A stretch of 64,000 nt of DNA from Acidimicrobiales bacterium (lineage in GTDB: Bacteria > Actinomycetota > Acidimicrobiia > Acidimicrobiales > Bog-793). Location: positions 14,275 through 78,274 of the forward strand of contig JBKQMT010000110.1 of NCBI GenBank assembly GCA_052146595.1, read 5' to 3'. This document shows, piece by piece, positions 59,246 through 64,000 of this stretch; position 1 is the first letter of the stretch, and every line of letters begins with the position of its first letter. Under the pieces are notes generated by a model that saw nothing but the letters and a program-made list of their open reading frames with translations, was not told where the DNA came from and searched no databases. The translations under genes and the position numbers were made by a program.

Positions 59246-60603
59246 GCCCGGCCCGCATCGGCGTCGTCGGGGGCGGACTTGCCGGCATGGCGGCGGCCCT
59301 TTGCGCCGCGGACGCTGGGGCCGAGGTCGTGCTGTTCGAGCGGCGCCCGGTCCTCGGCGGTCTCACCTCCTCGATCCAGCACAACGGGCTTTCTTTCGAC
59401 AACGGCCAGCACGTGTTCCTTCGCTGCTGCAGCGCCTACAGGGGCTTTGTCGACCGGATCGGGGCCAACGACAAGGTCTTCCTGCAGCCGCGCCTCGACG
59501 TGCCCGTGCTCGCCCCCGACGGCAGGCGCGCCTCGATCAAGAGGACGGCGCTGCCCGCCCCCCTGCACCTGGCCGGCTCGCTCGGGCGCTACCGCCACCT
59601 GTCCTTGCGGGAACGGGTGCGCCTCGGGCGCCCCGCCCTCGCCCTCGGGCGGCTCGACCCGGACGATCCGTCGCTCGACACGGTCTCTTTCGGCGACTGG
59701 CTCAAGAGCCAGGGCCAGAGCGAGCGGGCGGTGGAGCGCCTCTGGAACCTGATCGCCCTCCCGACGATGAACGTCCCCGCCGGCGAGGCTTCGCTCGCTC
59801 TCGCGACCAAGGTGTTCCGGGTCGGGCTCCTGGACCGCTCGGACGCCGGAGACATCGGCTGGTCAGCGGTCCCGCTCGCCGAGCTCCACGGTGCTCTGAC
59901 CGCACGCGCCCTCGAGGCGGCCGGAGTGGAGACGCTGCTAGCCAGCCCGGTGGGTGCGGTCAGTCGTTCCACCGCAGGTGCCTTCACGCTTCGCGCCGGA
60001 GAGCGCAGCGAGATCGTCGACGCCGTCGTCGTCGCGACCCCGCTGCGGGTGGCGGCGGCCCTGGGCGCCTTCGAGCGTGAGGCGGACCTCGAGCGGCTCG
60101 GGGCATCTCCCATCGTCAATGTCCACCTGGTTCTCGACCGCAAGGTGACCGAGCTCCCTCTCGCGGCCTGCGTCGGCTCGCCGGTCCAGTTCGTCTTCGA
60201 CCGCACGGTCTCGAGCGGGCTCAAGTCCGGGCAGTGCCTGGCCATCTCGCTCTCGGCTGCAGACGGCTACATAGCCCGGGGCTCGAGCGAGCTCGTGAGC
60301 ACGTTCTTGGAGGCGCTGCGCGAGCTGTTCCCGCCCGCGCGCCACGCCCAGCTCCTCGACGCCCTGGTCACCCGTGAACGAGCGGCGACGTTCCGCGCCG
60401 CTCCGGGCAGCCGGGCGCTGCGGCCCCAGACCCGCACCGGGGTGCCGGGGATGTTCCTTGCCGGAGCCTGGTGCGACACGGGATGGCCGGCGACGATGGA
60501 AGGCGCGGTCCGTGCCGGCCAGCAGGCGGCCTCGCAGGCGCTGGCGCTCGTCTCCGGCACCCGCGCCGGGGACCCTAGACAGCTGGAAGGGGCGGGGACA
60601 TGA
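59242..60603 (+). CDS. hpnE: hydroxysqualene dehydroxylase HpnE (FAD-dependent amine-oxidase fold)
   Basis: The ATG at 59242 overlaps the hpnD TGA (ATGA). The dinucleotide fold is IGVVGGGLAGMAAAL...VLFERRPVLGG. Confidence 0.85.
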   Translation: MSPARIGVVGGGLAGMAAALCAADAGAEVVLFERRPVLGGLTSSIQHNGLSFDNGQHVFLRCCSAYRGFVDRIGANDKVFLQPRLDVPVLAPDGRRASIKRTALPAPLHLAGSLGRYRHLSLRERVRLGRPALALGRLDPDDPSLDTVSFGDWLKSQGQSERAVERLWNLIALPTMNVPAGEASLALATKVFRVGLLDRSDAGDIGWSAVPLAELHGALTARALEAAGVETLLASPVGAVSRSTAGAFTLRAGERSEIVDAVVVATPLRVAAALGAFEREADLERLGASPIVNVHLVLDRKVTELPLAACVGSPVQFVFDRTVSSGLKSGQCLAISLSAADGYIARGSSELVSTFLEALRELFPPARHAQLLDALVTRERAATFRAAPGSRALRPQTRTGVPGMFLAGAWCDTGWPATMEGAVRAGQQAASQALALVSGTRAGDPRQLEGAGT

Positions 60604-61610
60604 CAGTGGTCTCTTCTCCGGCTAGGAGGGAGAGCGCCCTTCTGGCCGCCGAGTCGTTGACGCGGGCCAGGGACCTGGTGAAGCCCGCACTGGATGCGGC
60701 CGTGCTCCGGCTCTGCCCGGAACTGATGCCGGCGGTGGGCGAGCACCTTGACGGGGGAGGCAAGTTCGTGCGCTCCGGGCTCGTGCTCGCATCGGCCGCC
60801 GCCTGCGGCGCCGAGGAGCGCGCCGGCCTCGTCGGCGGGGTGGCCCTCGAGCTCGTGCACAACTTCTCGCTCATCCACGACGACATCATCGACCGCGACC
60901 TGGAACGGCGGCACCGCCCGACCGTGTGGGCCGCGCACGGCGTGGGTCATGCCATCATCGCAGGCGACGCCCTCGCGACGCTCGCCTTCCAGGTCCTGTT
61001 GGACGAGCCGAGTGCCGAGCGGGTGCGCGCTGCCGGGCTGCTCGCGGAGGCGACGCAAGCGATGATCGCCGGCCAGGCTGAGGACATGGCCTCGGAGCTG
61101 CGCGACTCGCTGTCAGTGGAGGAGTGCCTGCAGATGGAGGCCGGCAAGACCGGGGCCTTGTTGTCCTGTGCAGCCGCCATGGGCGCGACCCTTGCCGGCG
61201 CCCCCGCGCCGACGATCGAAGCCCTGGCAGACTTCGGCCGCCATCTCGGGATCGCCTTCCAGGCCATCGACGACGTGCTCGGCATATGGGGCGAGCCGAG
61301 CGTCACCGGCAAGCCGGTCGGCAACGACCTGCGCCAGCACAAAAAGACGCTGCCGGTAGCGCTCGCCCTCGCCCGGGGCGCGGAGCTGCCCGCCGGGCTC
61401 CTACGCCTGCTCGAACGCGACCTCAGCGAGGCAGAGGTGCGCAAGGTGACGCGGCTTTTGGAGCAGTGCGGGGCGCGCGAGGAGACGATGGCCATCGGGG
61501 AGACGCAGCTTTGTGCCGCGCTCGGGGCTCTCGAGCGGGTGCCCCTCGAGTTAGGGCCGCGCTCCGAACTGGCGGCGATCGCCCGCTATGTGACCGAGCG
61601 CGACCGGTGA
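60600..61610 (+). CDS. polyprenyl diphosphate synthase (probably supplies FPP)
   Basis: There is an ATGA overlap with hpnE. The first Asp-rich motif is LIHDDIIDRD and the second is FQAIDDVLG. Confidence 0.85.
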   Translation: MTVVSSPARRESALLAAESLTRARDLVKPALDAAVLRLCPELMPAVGEHLDGGGKFVRSGLVLASAAACGAEERAGLVGGVALELVHNFSLIHDDIIDRDLERRHRPTVWAAHGVGHAIIAGDALATLAFQVLLDEPSAERVRAAGLLAEATQAMIAGQAEDMASELRDSLSVEECLQMEAGKTGALLSCAAAMGATLAGAPAPTIEALADFGRHLGIAFQAIDDVLGIWGEPSVTGKPVGNDLRQHKKTLPVALALARGAELPAGLLRLLERDLSEAEVRKVTRLLEQCGAREETMAIGETQLCAALGALERVPLELGPRSELAAIARYVTERDR

Positions 61611-63526
61611 GGCCTCTGAGGCGCCGGGAGTCGGCGAGCGGCCAGGGCGCCGCGAGCCAGCCGTCCCAGGCGGACAACCCGCAAGACGACGCCCGTGCCT
61701 GCCTGAAAAGAGCCGTCGAGGCCCTGGAAGCGCTCCAGCGTCCGGACGGGTGGTGGAAGGGCGAGCTCGAGACGAACGTGACGATGGACGCCGAGGATCT
61801 CCTGTTGCGCGAGTTCCTGGGCATCCGCACGCCCGCGCAGACGGCCTCGGCTGCCCGCTGGATCCGCTCGCGCCAGCGCGAGGACGGGACGTGGGCGAAC
61901 TTCTACGGCGGCCCGCCCGAGCTCTCGACCACCGTCGAGGCCTATGTCGCCCTCCGCCTCGCCGGTGACCGGGCCGAGGCCGAGCACCTGCAGCGCGCCG
62001 CCGAGTTCATCCAACGCTCCGGCGGCGTCGAGCGCACCCGGGTCTTCACCCGGATCTGGCTGGCCTTGTTCGGCCTGTGGTCGTGGGACGAGCTGCCGGT
62101 GCTCCCCCCGGAACTGATGTTCCTGCCGCGCTTTGTCCCGCTCAACATCTACGACTTTGGCTGCTGGGCACGCCAGACCGTGGTCGCGCTCACCATCGTC
62201 AGCGCCCACCGGCCGGCTCACCAGGTTGGATTCGACATCGACGAGCTGCGAAGCGGATTCCCGGCGCCGCCGCCGGCGCCACTTAGCACCTGGGCGGGCC
62301 GTTTCCAGGCGCTCGATCGCGCCTTGAAGGTGTACCAGCGCCGGCCCGTCAAGTTCCTCCGGGAGGCCGCTTTGAGGCGGGCCGAGCAGTGGATCGTGCA
62401 ACGTCAGGAGGCGGACGGCTCGTGGGGCGGCATCCAGCCGCCCTGGGTGTACTCACTGATCGCCCTGAGGCTTCAGGGCTACGCCCTGGACCACCCCTCC
62501 GTGCGGGCGGGGATAGAGGGTCTCGAGGGCTTCACCATCGAGGACGACAGGGGGAGGCGGCTCGAGGCCTGCCAGTCCCCGGTCTGGGACACCGCCCTCG
62601 CGGTCACGGCCCTGGCCGACGCCGGGCTCCAGCCGAGTGACGCGGCGCTACGGTCGGCCGCGCGCTACCTGCTCGCGGAGGAGATCACCGTTCCCGGCGA
62701 CTGGTCGGTCCGGCGCTCTCGGCTCCAGCCGGGAGGCTGGGCGTTCGAGTTCGCCAACGACAACTACCCCGACATCGACGACACCGCCGAGGTCGTGCTG
62801 GCGCTGGGCCGGACCGATGAGGTCGCGGAGGGCGCCGTCGATCGCGCCGTCGCCTGGATCGAGGGGATGCAGTGCAGCGACGGGGGATGGGGGGCCTTCG
62901 ACGTCGACAACACCCAGACCTTGTGCCGGGAGCTCCCGTTTTGTGACTTCGGGGAGCTGATCGATCCCCCGAGCGCGGACGTGACGGCGCACGTGGTCGA
63001 GATGCTGGCAACGCTCGGGCGCTCCCAGCTTGCGGTCGCCCGCGGCGTGGAGTGGCTGCTGCGCGCCCAGGAGGAGGACGGTTCCTGGTTCGGGCGCTGG
63101 GGTGCCAACTACGTCTACGGCACCGGGGCCGTGGTCCCGGCGCTCGTCGCCGCCGGACTGCGATCGGACCACGCAGCTGTGCGGCGGGCCGTCGCCTGGC
63201 TGGAAGGCCATCAGAACCCAGACGGCGGCTGGGGCGAGGACCTGCGCTCGTACCGGGACGCCGCCCAGGCCGGACGCGGGACCTCGACGGCATCCCAGAC
63301 AGCCTGGGCCCTCCTCGCCCTCCTGGCCGCGGGCGAGCGCTCAGCGGCGACGGAGGGCGGCGTGTCCTTCCTCGTCGCGACGCAAAACGAAGCCGGCTCG
63401 TGGGACGAGCCCTTCTTCACCGGGACCGGGTTCCCGGGCGACTTCTACATCAACTACCACCTCTACCGGCTCGTGTTCCCCGTCACGGCCCTGGGGCGTT
63501 ACGTGAACGGAGACCCCCACGGCTGA
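61607..63526 (+). CDS. shc: squalene-hopene cyclase
   Basis: There is a GTGA overlap with the synthase gene. QW repeats are present (DGWWKGE, DGTWANFYG, DGSWGGI, DGGWGAF, DGSWFGRWG, DGGWGED), as is the catalytic DIDDTAEV motif. Confidence 0.92.
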   Translation: MRPLRRRESASGQGAASQPSQADNPQDDARACLKRAVEALEALQRPDGWWKGELETNVTMDAEDLLLREFLGIRTPAQTASAARWIRSRQREDGTWANFYGGPPELSTTVEAYVALRLAGDRAEAEHLQRAAEFIQRSGGVERTRVFTRIWLALFGLWSWDELPVLPPELMFLPRFVPLNIYDFGCWARQTVVALTIVSAHRPAHQVGFDIDELRSGFPAPPPAPLSTWAGRFQALDRALKVYQRRPVKFLREAALRRAEQWIVQRQEADGSWGGIQPPWVYSLIALRLQGYALDHPSVRAGIEGLEGFTIEDDRGRRLEACQSPVWDTALAVTALADAGLQPSDAALRSAARYLLAEEITVPGDWSVRRSRLQPGGWAFEFANDNYPDIDDTAEVVLALGRTDEVAEGAVDRAVAWIEGMQCSDGGWGAFDVDNTQTLCRELPFCDFGELIDPPSADVTAHVVEMLATLGRSQLAVARGVEWLLRAQEEDGSWFGRWGANYVYGTGAVVPALVAAGLRSDHAAVRRAVAWLEGHQNPDGGWGEDLRSYRDAAQAGRGTSTASQTAWALLALLAAGERSAATEGGVSFLVATQNEAGSWDEPFFTGTGFPGDFYINYHLYRLVFPVTALGRYVNGDPHG

Positions 63527-63551
63527 GCTCAAGGTCCTCACAGCGCTTCGG

Positions 63552-64000
63552 GTGGAGGCGATCGCCGTCGGCGGCGCGGACGCCGTCATCGGCGCCGGTG
63601 CCGCCCGCGCCAGGCGTGCCGGCGCCGAGCTTGCCGCGAGCCTGGACGAGCAGACCGCGGTCGCCCTCGTCGGCGTCGCAGGAGGCCTCGTCCCGCAGCT
63701 GCGAACCGGGGACCTCGTCATCGCCAGCGAGCTGCGGAGCACCGACTCGTCCGAGTCGCGAAGCCTCCCTGGCGGGGGGACCCTCGCCGCCGAGTTCCGC
63801 CGTGCCGGCCTCGGTGTGCTCACAGGGCCGCTAGTCTCGTCGACGCGCTACGTCCGGGCCGGCGACCGCAAGCTGCTCGCCGACTCGGGCGCCCTGGCCG
63901 TCGACATGGAGTCGGCCTTCTTCATGGGCTACCTGCCGAAGAACCCGCTCGCGGTCATACGTTCGATATCGGACACGAGCGAGCGCGGCCCGGTTCTCGG
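63552..64000 (+). CDS. hpnG: hopanoid-associated phosphorylase HpnG (nucleoside phosphorylase fold), 3' end outside the window, start unresolved
   Basis: The frame is open from 63507 and reads ...ELKVLTALRVEAIAVGGADAVIGAG...ALVGVAGGL...LAVDMESAFF...IRSISD. The first canonical start is GTG 63552, which would remove the conserved first beta-strand. Confidence 0.65.
   Translation, partial: MEAIAVGGADAVIGAGAARARRAGAELAASLDEQTAVALVGVAGGLVPQLRTGDLVIASELRSTDSSESRSLPGGGTLAAEFRRAGLGVLTGPLVSSTRYVRAGDRKLLADSGALAVDMESAFFMGYLPKNPLAVIRSISDTSERGPVL

Noticed and set aside
63500-63530. Programmed +1 frameshift fusing Shc to HpnG
   Set aside because: It was considered because hpnG lacks a canonical start and lies in the +1 frame. 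However, I see no slippery or shifty motif. A non-canonical or downstream start, or a sequencing indel, is more parsimonious. I kept it only as a low-probability option in the junction finding.

Overview
This is a high-G+C, actinobacterial-type chromosomal segment with many GTG/TTG starts and frequent 4-nt ATGA/GTGA/TTGA start-stop overlaps. I can support about 60 protein genes. I saw no rRNA, tRNA or CRISPR array by eye. Most of the window is core metabolism and housekeeping: an aldo/keto reductase, an ABC-2 exporter, a rhodanese, glnE, nadE, a group 1/2 sigma-70 factor, a trkA pair divergent from a large APC-type permease, H+-pyrophosphatase, topA, aqpZ, tmk, holB, rbsK and a C-N hydrolase. 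A lower-order accessory patch lies at about 36.6-43 kb. It holds a methyltransferase, a VOC protein, two tandem GAF-ANTAR regulators, an intact IS630-family element with inverted repeats and a TA duplication, and a decayed TetR gene. Next come a DrrAB-like exporter and an orphan ZnuA-type binding protein divergent from a Fur/Zur regulator, with a palindromic box between them. After that are an SPFH-RHH operon, c-di-GMP turnover genes flanking a Cys-type sulfatase, and a hopanoid cluster. The cluster runs hpnC-hpnD-hpnE-polyprenyl synthase-shc-hpnG and is preceded by a fused MerR-TetR regulator. I found no obvious defence or toxin system. The items most worth a second look are: (1) the trkA-trkA/APC-permease-OB-fold module with no TrkH/KtrB partner; (2) the MerR-TetR double-HTH regulator and its palindrome ahead of the hopanoid operon; (3) several candidate operators and direct repeats; (4) short translationally coupled ORFs below the ORF-track cutoff; (5) a non-coding 41-bp tandem repeat. 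All family names come from motif recognition by eye and need HMM/BLAST confirmation.
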